In this document: positions 37,175 through 46,758 of the stretch, piece after piece
How positions within the stretch are numbered: position 1 is the stretch's first letter
How the letters are laid out: each line of letters opens with the position of its first letter
NCBI GenBank assembly: GCA_040751815.1
Contig: JBFMHQ010000002.1
Coordinates: 5,577 to 69,576, forward strand
Source: Bacillota bacterium
GTDB taxonomy: Bacteria; Bacillota; Desulfotomaculia; Desulfotomaculales; UBA12532
Direction of reading: 5' to 3'
Length of the DNA: 64,000 bases
Notes under the pieces: generated by a model
What the model was told of the DNA's origin: nothing
Seen by the model: the letters and a program-made list of their open reading frames with translations, nothing else
The model's database searches: none
Made by a program: the position numbers and the translations under genes

Positions 37175-38926
37175 TTAAGTACGTCCGGCTGGAGAAGTGC
37201 GGATTTCCTCCAGCCTGCTTTCGAGTTCCGCAGCCTGGGTCGCGGGCGCCAAACACGTCCCCGCCCGACAAACAAGGGCGCTACTGGCCTCCTTCGGACG
37301 GGCCGCTACCGGGCGTACAACCTTTGCCGGAAGATAGGAGGCCAGAGCCGCCTCGTGCAGGGAAAGGCCTGCCGGGTCCTGCGGCCGTAGGCGCACCTCA
37401 ATCGTGGTCCACGGGACGGTGGCCTCGTAAACCGCCAGGGCATAGCCTGCGGCGAGAAGCCCCGCGCGCTTGTAATCGGCACCGAAGGCCCGCAGGATCT
37501 CGCCCGCGACCTCGGCAAGTTCCGCCCGTCCGGTCAGGGCCGCCTGTTCAAGAAACCACCTTGCGGCTGCGGCGTTTTCCGTCAGATCGCGAACCGGTAC
37601 TGCCAGGGCGCCGACGGCCCGCCGGTCGGGTGGCCCGTCATAAAGAGCGCCGTTCGGAGCCCGCAGGTGCTGCAAGCAGAAATCCACAAGGGCCTGGGAG
37701 CGGTCGAGCCATTCGCCGGCGCCAGTCGTCTGGTAAAGGGCAAGGCAGGCCCGCCCGACACGCATCTGGTCTTCAAGGCGCCCGAAGAGTTTGCGTTCTT
37801 CACCCTCTACAAAATGCGCCAGCCCTCGCTCTCTATCGTAGGCGCGCTTCCAGAGAAAGTCGACCGTCTCGGCCGCCAGGCGTGCCCACCGTTCCTCCCG
37901 CAGAACCCAGCTGGCGACACACAAGGTACGGGCCATCAGGCCGTTCCAGCCCACGTAAACCGTTCGGTCGATGTAAGGGGCCGGGCGCGCGCGGCGCTCT
38001 TCTAGGGTCAGACAGTAATATTCTTCGTCGGCGTCCTGGCTGCCGCCCCAGCCGGCGCCCTCCCCGTTATAGAGATTCTCCTCCAGATAGTGGAGAACAT
38101 CCCGGGCCACACCGAGAAAAGCGGCATCCCGGGTAACGCTTGCTGCCTGCAGGTACACCTCGACCAGGCGGGCGTTGTCCTCCAGCATTTTCTCGTAGTG
38201 GGGCATCCGCCAGTCCCGGCTTGTGCTATACCTAAAAAAACCTCCCTCCACCGGATCGTAAAGCCCTCCCCCGGCCATGGTCTTGAGGGTAGCAACGGCG
38301 ATCCCGAGCAAATCTTTGTCCCCCATGGCACCCTCCAGGAGGGCCAGTTCCAGGGCATCGGGCAAGGGAAACTTGGCCTGGCGTCCGAAGCCGCCATAAA
38401 TTGGGTCATAGGCTCCTTTGATGGCCGCTACCGTTTCCCGGTAAAGAGAGAAATCAAGGGTCTCCACCGGCGCGGACACTTCCTCGCGGAGCGAGTGCTT
38501 CATCTCCGCTTTGCGCAGGGCATCCCGGCGTGCGCGATAAAGCTCCAGGACCTTAAGGAGCATTTCCTTAAGCCGCTCTGGTGGAACGTATGTGCCACCG
38601 GTAATAATCCGCCCCGTAGGGGTAAGGAGGGCCGTTGTCGGCCAGCCTCCCATGTTATAGCGGACGTTAATATCGGGGCGCCGGTCGGTGTCAACCCGCA
38701 CCGGAATGAAGTGTTCGTTCAAAAGTCGGATTACCTCGGGATCCGAATAGCTCGTTTCGTCCATTACATGGCACCAGTGGCACCAGACGGCGCCGATGGC
38801 CAGAAGTACCGGCTTGCTCTCGACTAACGCCTCGGCGAAGGCCTCGTCGCCCCACTCCCGCCACCTGATCTCCGCCGCCCTGTTAGGCCGCGGCGAAAAG
38901 TGAAAGCTGCTTTCCAGCGCCATCAC
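37175..38926 (-). CDS. Thioredoxin-domain protein of the DUF255/YyaL family (thioredoxin-like N-domain plus six-hairpin glycosidase-like domain)
   Basis: WREWGDEAFAEA..SKPVLLAIGAVWCHWCHVMDETSYSDPEV...N..FIPV.VD...RPD. Confidence 0.85.
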   Translation of the reverse strand: MMALESSFHFSPRPNRAAEIRWREWGDEAFAEALVESKPVLLAIGAVWCHWCHVMDETSYSDPEVIRLLNEHFIPVRVDTDRRPDINVRYNMGGWPTTALLTPTGRIITGGTYVPPERLKEMLLKVLELYRARRDALRKAEMKHSLREEVSAPVETLDFSLYRETVAAIKGAYDPIYGGFGRQAKFPLPDALELALLEGAMGDKDLLGIAVATLKTMAGGGLYDPVEGGFFRYSTSRDWRMPHYEKMLEDNARLVEVYLQAASVTRDAAFLGVARDVLHYLEENLYNGEGAGWGGSQDADEEYYCLTLEERRARPAPYIDRTVYVGWNGLMARTLCVASWVLREERWARLAAETVDFLWKRAYDRERGLAHFVEGEERKLFGRLEDQMRVGRACLALYQTTGAGEWLDRSQALVDFCLQHLRAPNGALYDGPPDRRAVGALAVPVRDLTENAAAARWFLEQAALTGRAELAEVAGEILRAFGADYKRAGLLAAGYALAVYEATVPWTTIEVRLRPQDPAGLSLHEAALASYLPAKVVRPVAARPKEASSALVCRAGTCLAPATQAAELESRLEEIRTSPAGRT

Positions 38927-39086
38927 CCCCTAAGTTAGCTGTAAACAGGGGTTGCCTTACTTATCCCTGTAAGTAACTTTTACCTTATGGAACGTATTTC
39001 CTGCGGCAGGAGAGAAATTTTTGTGTATGGAAGTTCTCCGGCTGGCGCATCTTGATAAAAAAGTAATTGGCAGGAGGCGTCATGCG

Positions 39087-39338
39087 ATGGAGCACATATC
39101 CCTTGAAGCGTTCCCAAAGGAACTCGCCGCCAAGATTCAAGAAGGGCAGCGGGCCGGGTTAAGCGATGAGCAGATTGTACAGGGGATCGTCAACCTGGGC
39201 AACGTGATGTCGCGGTTCGTCAAGCCCGACTCCCCCGAGGAAGCCCTTATGAAGGAGATGTGGAGTATCGCCACCGATGATGAGAAGAGAACCCTGGCCG
39301 GCATAGTGCTGCGCATGGGGAAGCGGGCCGTCCACTAG
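39087..39338 (+). CDS. DUF3243 (YmfJ-like) small protein
   Basis: ...LSDEQIVQGIVNLGNVMSRFVKPDSPEEALMKEMWSIATDDEKRTLAGIVLRM resembles B. subtilis YmfJ (from memory). AGGAGG RBS before ATG 39087. Confidence 0.55.
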   Translation: MEHISLEAFPKELAAKIQEGQRAGLSDEQIVQGIVNLGNVMSRFVKPDSPEEALMKEMWSIATDDEKRTLAGIVLRMGKRAVH

Positions 39339-39444
39339 CAGGCGTGGCAAAAGGCGAGGCCGTAAACTTATACCACCGCTTCAGGACGGGCCGGAATCAC
39401 GCCCTTTCATTCCGTGGTCTGTATAGTCCTCGGTCGGCAGCGTT

Positions 39445-39477
39445 GGGCGCCGGAAGCCAGGTGCCGGCACCCTTTTT
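39445..39477 (+). terminator. Intrinsic terminator-like hairpin in the region between the DUF3243-like gene and copA
   Basis: GGGcGCCGG-aagccaggtg-CCGGCaCCC followed by TTTTT; about 107 nt after the stop at 39338. Confidence 0.55.
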
Positions 39478-39662
39478 GCTACGATGCCCGCATACAACCT
39501 CGGATTGCGAAACGGCAGCTTACCGGCCCGTCCACCGCCAGCTTCTGACAAAGCTTGTGCACTTGTGAACGGTTCTTAAAAGGCCCGCTCTTCCTTTTCT
39601 TGCCCCGCGTGGCCAACCGTGCTAAATTATACTGGAGACGCACCAGCGGGGGTGTTCATTTG

Positions 39663-41846
39663 GCCGGTGATGCCGCGCAGGTTGCCAGGATTGACCTTGA
39701 CATAACCGGTATGTCTTGCGCTGCGTGCGCCGCCCGCATTGAAGGGAAACTGGCGCGTCTTCCAGGGGTACAGGCCGCAAACGTGAACCTTGCGACCGGG
39801 CGGGCGACCGTCATTTATAACACCGGTGTCATCAAGATTGAGCAAATTGTTGCCGCCGTCCGCGAGCTGGGTTATGGTGCCGATGTCCACGCCCCACAGC
39901 AGCCGACTGCGGGGGAATACGATCCGGAAACGGCCTGCGAAACGCTCCTTTTTCTCTTTTCGGCCATATGCGCCTTGCCCCTTCTTTACAACATGGCCGC
40001 GGATTTTCTACCACTTCCTGCCATACCCCTCTTTCACAACCACCTTTTACAGTTCGGCCTCGCCTCCCTGGTGCAGTTTGTGCCCGGTTTTCACTTTTAC
40101 CGCCGCAGTTACCTGGGCCTGCGCCATGGCGCGGCCGGTATGGATGTGCTGGTGGCCCTCGGGACCACTGCGGCCTATGGCTATAGCGTGGCAAGCACCT
40201 TCCTGGGTCGGGGACAAGTTTATTACGAAACCTCGGTAACCATTATCACCCTGGTTCTTCTTGGACGCGTTCTGGAGGCACGGGCCAAGGGCCGCGCCTC
40301 CGAGGCCATCAGGAGGCTGGTTGCCCTGCAGCCCAGGACGGCAAGGGTGCGCCGCAATGGCGCCGAAGTGGACATCCCGGTAGAAGAGGTGCGGGTGGGT
40401 GACCTGGTGGTGGTACGTCCGGGCGAGAAAATTCCGGTAGACGGAATCGTCCGCGAGGGCCATTCCTCCGTTGACGAATCCATGCTTACCGGCGAGGCCC
40501 TGCCGGTGGACAAGGGACCCGGGGACCCGGTCACCGGGGCAACTATTAACCGCCACGGCAGCCTGGTTTTCGAAGCCACCCGTGTCGGGACGGAAACCGC
40601 CCTGGCCCGGATTATCCGCATCGTCGAAGAGGCGCAGGGAAGCAAGGCGCCCGTGCAGCGTTTTGCGGACCTGGTTGCCGCCCGCTTCGTACCGGCAGTG
40701 GTCGGCCTGGCTTTGCTTACCCTGGTAGTCTGGCTGCTGCTGACCGGGGACCTGGGCCGGGCTCTGATCAACATGACCGCTGTCCTCGTAATCGCCTGCC
40801 CCTGTGCGCTGGGCCTGGCCACGCCCACGGCCGTCATTGTCGGCACGGGCGTTGGAGCCGAGTTAGGCATCCTGATTAAAGGGGGCGAGCACCTGGAAAA
40901 GGCTCACCGGGTGACCGCCGTCGTGCTGGACAAAACCGGTACCATCACTACAGGGCAACCTGCGGTAACCGACGTTATACCCCTGGGAAACATTGAGGAG
41001 GGGGAGTTGCTGCGTACGGTGGCGGCCGCAGAACGTTACTCTGAGCACCCGCTGGCCCGCACCATAGCCGAACGTGCCGCGGCTATAGGCCTGCAGATCC
41101 CCGAACCCGGCGCCTTCGTTGCTCTTCCAGGACGGGGAGTGAGGGCCGAGGTGGCCGGCAAAGAGGTGCTCGCAGGCAACCGCCGCCTTCTTGAAGAAGC
41201 GGGAATTCCGGTGGGGCGAGCCGAGGAACAGGTAGCCGCCCTGCAACGCAAGGGGAAGACGGTAATATTTTGCGCCGTCGGCGGCCACCTTCAGGGACTG
41301 GTAGCCGTGGCGGATACCGTAAAGGAACATGCCCGGGAGGCCATCCATGAGTTGCAGGAAATGGGACTTGCAACGGTCATGCTCACCGGCGACAATACCC
41401 GAACGGCCCAAGCCGTTGCCGCCCAGGTGGGGATTGCGCGGGTAATAGCCGAGGTCCTTCCCGAGCACAAGGCGGCTCAGGTGGCCTGTCTGCAACGGGA
41501 AGGGCACACTGTGGCCATGGTAGGTGACGGTATCAACGACGCACCGGCCCTGGCCACCGCCGACCTGGGAATCGCCATCGGTACGGGGACCGACGTGGCC
41601 ATCGAAACAGCGGACGTTGTCCTGATGCGCGGCGATCTGCGGGCGGTTGCACAGGCCATCCGCCTCAGCCGGTCTACCATGCGCAAGATTCGGCAGAACC
41701 TGTTCTGGGCCCTCTTTTACAACGTTCTGGCCATCCCTATCGCCGCCCTCGGATTGCTCAACCCCGCCCTCGCCGCCGGCGCTATGGCCTTAAGCTCCGT
41801 CTCGGTGGTCAGCAACTCGCTACTCCTGAAGCGGTTTTCGCCGTAG
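39663..41846 (+). CDS. copA: Copper-translocating P1B-type ATPase
   Basis: One HMA domain ([12 protein letters not shown]), CPC (IACPCALG), [15 protein letters not shown]. The start is uncertain (TTG 39663 proposed). A TTGCCC-17-TAAATT promoter-like element lies inside the longer track ORF beginning at 39555. Confidence 0.9.
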   Translation, partial: AGDAAQVARIDLDITGMSCAACAARIEGKLARLPGVQAANVNLATGRATVIYNTGVIKIEQIVAAVRELGYGADVHAPQQPTAGEYDPETACETLLFLFSAICALPLLYNMAADFLPLPAIPLFHNHLLQFGLASLVQFVPGFHFYRRSYLGLRHGAAGMDVLVALGTTAAYGYSVASTFLGRGQVYYETSVTIITLVLLGRVLEARAKGRASEAIRRLVALQPRTARVRRNGAEVDIPVEEVRVGDLVVVRPGEKIPVDGIVREGHSSVDESMLTGEALPVDKGPGDPVTGATINRHGSLVFEATRVGTETALARIIRIVEEAQGSKAPVQRFADLVAARFVPAVVGLALLTLVVWLLLTGDLGRALINMTAVLVIACPCALGLATPTAVIVGTGVGAELGILIKGGEHLEKAHRVTAVVLDKTGTITTGQPAVTDVIPLGNIEEGELLRTVAAAERYSEHPLARTIAERAAAIGLQIPEPGAFVALPGRGVRAEVAGKEVLAGNRRLLEEAGIPVGRAEEQVAALQRKGKTVIFCAVGGHLQGLVAVADTVKEHAREAIHELQEMGLATVMLTGDNTRTAQAVAAQVGIARVIAEVLPEHKAAQVACLQREGHTVAMVGDGINDAPALATADLGIAIGTGTDVAIETADVVLMRGDLRAVAQAIRLSRSTMRKIRQNLFWALFYNVLAIPIAALGLLNPALAAGAMALSSVSVVSNSLLLKRFSP

Positions 41847-41885
41847 TTCTTCCCGGGTTGACCAACCCAGCATATCCATAAAAAC

Positions 41886-42056
41886 TCAGTATCCGGTAAT
41901 ACCCGATTCGAGCAAGGCAAAGCCCGCCAGGGCCACCGCCGCGGCCGCTATGGGGTGGAGCAGGCCGCCTGCCGCCATGACCAGGAGAGCAACCCCTGAC
42001 GGTACCCGGATTGCCCGGTCGCGTCGGCCAACGTTACGCCGGTAGGTCAGGCGCAC
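41886..42056 (-). CDS. DUF2892 (YgaP-like transmembrane) small protein
   Basis: From GTG 42056 (GGGAGG RBS): VRLTYRRNVGRRDRAIRVPSGVALLVMA...GFALLESGITGY, which fits the NvgxxDRxiR...G motif. Confidence 0.55.
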   Translation of the reverse strand: MRLTYRRNVGRRDRAIRVPSGVALLVMAAGGLLHPIAAAAVALAGFALLESGITGY

Positions 42057-42366
42057 CGCCCGGGCCTCCCTGCAACCTGCCGCCCTCCAGGAAAAGCTCA
42101 CCGCCTCCGTCCAGGCGCACCAGGAGGGTGTTGTTTTGGGGTCCGGGGCCAACGGCGGCGATCTCCCCTTCCTCCAGTGTTACCGCCGCGCCCGTCGCCG
42201 GTGAAACGAGGATAAACGTGGCGCCCCTCTGGTGCGGCTTGTAGGGACCTACCTGCTCCACCACCATGCTCAAAGTGCTGCGCAACCCGCCCGGTAAGGT
42301 CGTGGTTACCCGCACCGGGCCACCGCCAGCCATAAAGCGCCTGATGGTCTCGTAACGCTCGCCCAT
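42034..42366 (-). CDS. Hypothetical protein (about 110 aa)
   Basis: ATG 42366 preceded by GGAGGG. MGERYETIRRFMAGGGPVRVTTTLPGG...; no family recognised. Overlaps the DUF2892 start by 23 nt. Confidence 0.4.
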   Translation of the reverse strand: MGERYETIRRFMAGGGPVRVTTTLPGGLRSTLSMVVEQVGPYKPHQRGATFILVSPATGAAVTLEEGEIAAVGPGPQNNTLLVRLDGGGELFLEGGRLQGGPGGAPDLPA

Positions 42367-42487
42367 TTCCGTTTTCCCTCCGCTTTTCCGTGTACTTTTA
42401 CCCGGTTGGCATCCCTGTATGTAACGCGCGTTGACGTGGCATGAAAAACGGCTTATGCTATAGCCAAACCGTTTGGGAGGGAACGCA

Positions 42488-43717
42488 TTGAAATACGTGG
42501 TAATTCTGGGTGACGGCATGGCCGACTACGCATATAAAGAGCTGGGCGGCAAAACACCCCTGCAATACGCGCGGACTCCCTGGATGGATTCGCTGGCCAT
42601 GCGGGGCACCGTCGGGTTGGTCCAGACCATCCCCCCCGGCATGGCCCCGGGGAGTGACGTAGCCAACCTCGCCGTGCTGGGATACGACCCCCGGCGGTAT
42701 TATACCGGTCGCGCCCCTTTAGAAGCTGCCAGCCTGGGTCTTGAACTTACCCCGGCGGACGTAGCTTACCGCTGCAACCTGGTTACCCTTTCGGATGACG
42801 AACCATACCATGCCAAGCGCTTGCTGGACTATAGCGCTGGAGAGATCGATACCGCCGAGGCCGCGGAACTGATAGCCGCGGTGGATCAGTACCTGGGTGC
42901 ACCGGGCCGGCACTTTTACCCCGGGCTTAGTTACCGTCACGTACTGGTCTGGCAGGAGGGGCCCCTGAACGTGCGCCTTACACCACCTCACGATATTTCG
43001 GGCCAGGTGGTCGGTCCTTACCTCCCCGAAGGGGACGGCGCCACTGCGGTCCTCACCCTTATGGAAAGAAGCCATTCGCTCCTCTCCGCCCATCAGGTCA
43101 ACCATGCAAGGCGCGCCAGGGGCTTGTCTCCTGCCAACTCTATATGGATCTGGGGCGCGGGTAAAAAGCCGGTGCTTCCGCTGTTTCGCGAGCTTTACGG
43201 CCTCGAGGGTGTGGTGGTGGCGGCTGTGGACCTGGTGCGCGGCATAGGCCGCTGTGCGGGTCTTGAAGCTCCTGTTGTACCAGGGGCTACGGGTAACATC
43301 CATACCAATTTTCGCGGTAAGGCGCGCGCCGCCCTAGACGCCCTGTCTGCCGGTTATGACTTCGTCTATCTGCACATCGAGGCTCCAGATGAAGCCGGAC
43401 ACCAGGGCAATCTGGAACTTAAGGTGCGGGCCATCGAGGCCATCGACCGGGAGGTTCTCTCTGAGATCCTGAAAGGGCTGGAGGCCTATCCCGACTACCG
43501 CCTTCTTTTGCTTCCGGATCACACCACGCCCGTTTCCACGCGCACCCACGGCACCGATCCCGTCCCCTTTGTCATTGCTGCAAAAGAGCCGCTTAACGGC
43601 GGTGCGGGAACCTTTGACGAGCCGGCTGCCGCCGGAACAGGCCTCCGGATTGAGCCCGGATTTGAGCTTCTCCCCCGCTATTTCCTCCGCCCGGGGTTGA
43701 GAAACGGCCCATCGTAA
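42488..43717 (+). CDS. apgM: Cofactor-independent phosphoglycerate mutase, archaeal ApgM type
   Basis: KYVVILGDGMADY, TP.MD.LA..G, HIEAPDEAGHQGN, LLLPDHTTP. Start refined to TTG 42488 (GGGAGGG RBS). Confidence 0.85.
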   Translation: MKYVVILGDGMADYAYKELGGKTPLQYARTPWMDSLAMRGTVGLVQTIPPGMAPGSDVANLAVLGYDPRRYYTGRAPLEAASLGLELTPADVAYRCNLVTLSDDEPYHAKRLLDYSAGEIDTAEAAELIAAVDQYLGAPGRHFYPGLSYRHVLVWQEGPLNVRLTPPHDISGQVVGPYLPEGDGATAVLTLMERSHSLLSAHQVNHARRARGLSPANSIWIWGAGKKPVLPLFRELYGLEGVVVAAVDLVRGIGRCAGLEAPVVPGATGNIHTNFRGKARAALDALSAGYDFVYLHIEAPDEAGHQGNLELKVRAIEAIDREVLSEILKGLEAYPDYRLLLLPDHTTPVSTRTHGTDPVPFVIAAKEPLNGGAGTFDEPAAAGTGLRIEPGFELLPRYFLRPGLRNGPS

Positions 43718-43917
43718 AAATCGGGGTTTCCCTCTTTCCCTGCGCCCCGGGTAACAACAGGGCCGGTGCCTGGGCCGGGTTGTTCGACTGTCCGTTACCG
43801 CCTTGTGCCGGGGTGTAAGGGACGGCCCGCCCAAAGACCCGCGGAAAAAAGCGAGACCACGGATGCCGTTTAAAAACTATGGATTATATTTCTTCGGCAA
43901 GTTGCGGCCTACCCTTC

Positions 43918-44310
43918 CTAAACAACCTGAACGACCAGCCTGCGGCGACGCGGTCCGTCAAACTCGCAGAAGAACACCGACTGCCAGCTTCCCAGCACCA
44001 GCCGGCCGTCCTTTACCGGCACCACCTGGGAGGGGCCCAACAGGGCGGCCTTGATGTGGGCGTCGGCGTTTCCCTCGCGGTGATGGTAGGGGGCATCGAC
44101 AGGTGCAAGTTGAGCCAGCCTGTTAAGGATGTCCTCGGCCACGGAGGGGTCGGCTCCCTCATTGATGGTTACAGCCGCCGTGGTATGGGGTACGTAGATT
44201 ATACACAAACCTTCTTGCACCCCGCTGGCGGCTACCGCCTCTTTCACGCCGGCGGTTACGTCAAGCATCTGGGTTCTCGCGCCGGTACGGATCTCGAGTA
44301 TCCTGATCAT
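43918..44310 (-). CDS. YjbQ-family (UPF0047) protein
   Basis: GLCIIYVPHTTAAVTINE.ADP.V..D...L..L.P....Y.H.EGNADAHIKA.L.G.S...PV..G.L.LG.WQ...F.EFDGPR.R. Confidence 0.85.
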   Translation of the reverse strand: MIRILEIRTGARTQMLDVTAGVKEAVAASGVQEGLCIIYVPHTTAAVTINEGADPSVAEDILNRLAQLAPVDAPYHHREGNADAHIKAALLGPSQVVPVKDGRLVLGSWQSVFFCEFDGPRRRRLVVQVV

Positions 44311-44972
44311 CCCACTTCCCGCTCCCGGGTTCCAAGGTGATCGTGGAGGGCGGCCAGCACCAGGCGCAGGTCCTCGCCCTCCAGGGCTACATGGGCCAGG
44401 GCTGCCACCTCCGGCGGGGCGTTGAAGGCGATACCCAGCTTTACCAGGGGGAATAATGGGGCGTCGCCGACACCGTCACCTACCGCCGCCGTCTCCGCAG
44501 GATCAGTGCCGAAATAACGGCAGATATCCCGCAGGCCCTCAGGCTTGCCGTGCCAACCTACTTTAACCTCGACCTCTCCGGTCAGCGTGTCATCACGAAA
44601 AACCAGACGATTGGCCAGGGCAAAATCACAGCCGCAAAGTCTTCTTACCCGTTCCGCAAGAATGTCAAGGCCCGAAGAAAGAATGGCCACCCGGCACCCC
44701 AGGCGCCGCAGGGCGCACACGGTTTCATACGCCCCGGGGCGCAGGGGGATACGGGCCACAAGTTCTTCGATATGCCGGCGGCTGATACCCGCCCACGCTG
44801 CCGCGTCGCGCTGCGCAAATTCGAGATAGTCGATCTCCCCGGCAAGGAAGGCCTGCAATGACGGGTAGCCGTGGGAATCCCACGTACCGAGTTCCTCGTG
44901 GATGTACTGCCAAACGCTCCTAACCGGCGTCAGCGTACCGTCGAGGTCGAAAATTACCGCTTTCAAACCCAC
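44307..44972 (-). CDS. HAD-superfamily hydrolase (SerB/phosphatase-like, subfamily IB)
   Basis: KAVIFDLDGTLTP (DxDxT), ILSSGL, GDGVGDAPLF. Start refined to GTG 44972. 4-nt overlap with yjbQ. Confidence 0.75.
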   Translation of the reverse strand: MGLKAVIFDLDGTLTPVRSVWQYIHEELGTWDSHGYPSLQAFLAGEIDYLEFAQRDAAAWAGISRRHIEELVARIPLRPGAYETVCALRRLGCRVAILSSGLDILAERVRRLCGCDFALANRLVFRDDTLTGEVEVKVGWHGKPEGLRDICRYFGTDPAETAAVGDGVGDAPLFPLVKLGIAFNAPPEVAALAHVALEGEDLRLVLAALHDHLGTREREVG

Positions 44973-46758
44973 CGGAATATTCCTTCTCCTTAAGCACCCA
45001 AACGGTTTGCAGCAACTCCTCGTGGGAAAAAGCCTGTGGGAAGTTACCCCATTGCTCTCCCGTCTCAGGGTCAAAGTGCTCCGCCATCAGGCCGAGGGTG
45101 GTCGTATTGTCAAGGCACGTTTTCAGCAATGCCCAGCCGCGTTCGTTGTTCCCTACCATAAAATAATACCTGGCCAGCCAGAAAGTAGCAAGATAGAACG
45201 GAAGAGGGGCACATTCCCACCGGGCAATGCCCCCGCGCACCAGGCACCCGGGGGTGCGATCCAGGAGCGCAACCGTGCGCCGCATACGCTCGTCAGAAGG
45301 ATCAACGAGCCCGTAAAAGGCGAGGGCCAGGGTTGAAACATCAAGGGCCCCGTCTTCCCCGTAATGCCGCACGAAGGCCTGACGGCGCTCCGACCAGCTT
45401 TCGCCCAGCACCTGAAGCAAAACCTGCTGGGCGGTAGCTCGCCAGATCTCGGCCAGGTGGGGCTGTCCGAGTTCCAGCCCTATCCTGACGGCAGCCATCA
45501 ACCCGCCGTAGGTGACGGCCTTTCCGTAGGTCCACTGACTTACCCGCTCCCGGAACTCCCAGATGCCGTGTTCCGGGCGGAACCAGTTGTTGCTCAGCCA
45601 TGTTGCGGCTCGCCTGACGGCGTCCCAGCGCCGGGCAAGGTATTCCCGGTCTCCGGTATACATGTAGTGCACCCACAGTCCATGCAGCATGCTGCCCTCG
45701 TTGTCGAGCTGTAACTGGGCACCCGCCAGGTTACCCATCCGCACAGGCCGTTCGCCTCCCGGCCCTGCCAGATCTGTCACCACCATTTCACACGGGTAGC
45801 GCCCGTCAAGGGTGTAGAGGGGCTGCCGCCAGTTGCCGTTCTCCCCCTGTAACGAGTAAGCGAAGTCGTAAAAGCGGTGCGCCTCGTGGTGGAAACCGGC
45901 TTTATCGAAGGCAAGCGCCGTGAAATACCCGTCGCGCAGCCAGCAATAGCGATAATCCCAGTTATCGCTGCCACCGGGCGTGGCCGGGAAGGAAGACGTC
46001 GGTGCCGCGATTATGGCTCCGTTTTTCTCGTAGGTCAGGAGCTTGAGCACTAACAAACTGCGGTAGTAAGCCTCTTCAAGGTCGGGCGCGCCCAGATCCA
46101 CAGGATACGCGCGGCGCAGCCAGTTCTGCCAGAACAGCGCACACTCCTCGGCCGAAACGGCGAGGCCAACAGCCAGGCTTTCTTCGGCCTCGGCTACAGA
46201 CGTGCCGTAGGCCACCACTAAACGCAGGGTCCGTTCCTCTTCCGGTTCGAGCCGGCACCGCGCCTCAAGGGAACCGCTATCAAAGGCGGGCCCACCCACA
46301 AGGAGGTGCCCCGCGCTGCCGGAGACGCGCCGGCCACAGGAATGGGGGACCGCATGGAACCTGTGGGCCGCCGTTTGCACCGGCTCGGGTTCGACGCGCA
46401 GGGAAAGGGTCCGCCCTTCGCCGGTGGTATTTTTCACGGCAATGAGACGAACCAGGCAACGCTGCCGCCACGGCATAAAGTCCGTGATATGCACGGTGAT
46501 GCCGCTGCCTACCAGTTGCGTTTCCAGCACGTTCGTACGGCCACGGTAACGCTGCCCGTGGGGAGTAAGGGTTTCACTGAAATGGAGGCGGAGTCCACCG
46601 CCCCGCCGGGGGTCGAGAGCCCCGGCAAAAACCGGAAAACTGTCGAAACGCGGTATACAGAGCCAGGCAACGGAACCCTGCGGGTGTATCAGGGCGACCG
46701 TTTCCCCGTTACCTACAATTGCGTAGTAAGCTTTTCGCGGCACAGACCTCATCCCCAA
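44920..46758 (-). CDS. Glycoside hydrolase family 15 (glucoamylase/trehalase-like)
   Basis: YYAIVGNGETVALIHPQGSVAWLCIPRFDS..VF, NWDYRYCWLRDG, EHGIWE, (alpha/alpha)6 C-terminal region. Confidence 0.85.
   Translation of the reverse strand: MGMRSVPRKAYYAIVGNGETVALIHPQGSVAWLCIPRFDSFPVFAGALDPRRGGGLRLHFSETLTPHGQRYRGRTNVLETQLVGSGITVHITDFMPWRQRCLVRLIAVKNTTGEGRTLSLRVEPEPVQTAAHRFHAVPHSCGRRVSGSAGHLLVGGPAFDSGSLEARCRLEPEEERTLRLVVAYGTSVAEAEESLAVGLAVSAEECALFWQNWLRRAYPVDLGAPDLEEAYYRSLLVLKLLTYEKNGAIIAAPTSSFPATPGGSDNWDYRYCWLRDGYFTALAFDKAGFHHEAHRFYDFAYSLQGENGNWRQPLYTLDGRYPCEMVVTDLAGPGGERPVRMGNLAGAQLQLDNEGSMLHGLWVHYMYTGDREYLARRWDAVRRAATWLSNNWFRPEHGIWEFRERVSQWTYGKAVTYGGLMAAVRIGLELGQPHLAEIWRATAQQVLLQVLGESWSERRQAFVRHYGEDGALDVSTLALAFYGLVDPSDERMRRTVALLDRTPGCLVRGGIARWECAPLPFYLATFWLARYYFMVGNNERGWALLKTCLDNTTTLGLMAEHFDPETGEQWGNFPQAFSHEELLQTVWVLKEKEYSGGFESGNFRPRRYADAG

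Noticed and set aside
39340-39540. Possible SRP RNA, RNase P or other housekeeping ncRNA in the structured region upstream of copA.
   Set aside because: It lacks the conserved cores I can recall: the SRP GGAAGCAGCC-type helix 8 motif and the RNase P GAGGAAAGUCC. It is kept only as an unclassified structured region.
39555-39662. N-terminal 36-codon extension of copA in the track ORF ([33 protein letters not shown]...).
   Set aside because: It has no RBS and is not part of the HMA domain. A promoter-like TTGCCC-17-TAAATT element lies inside it, so a later start (about 39663) is more plausible.
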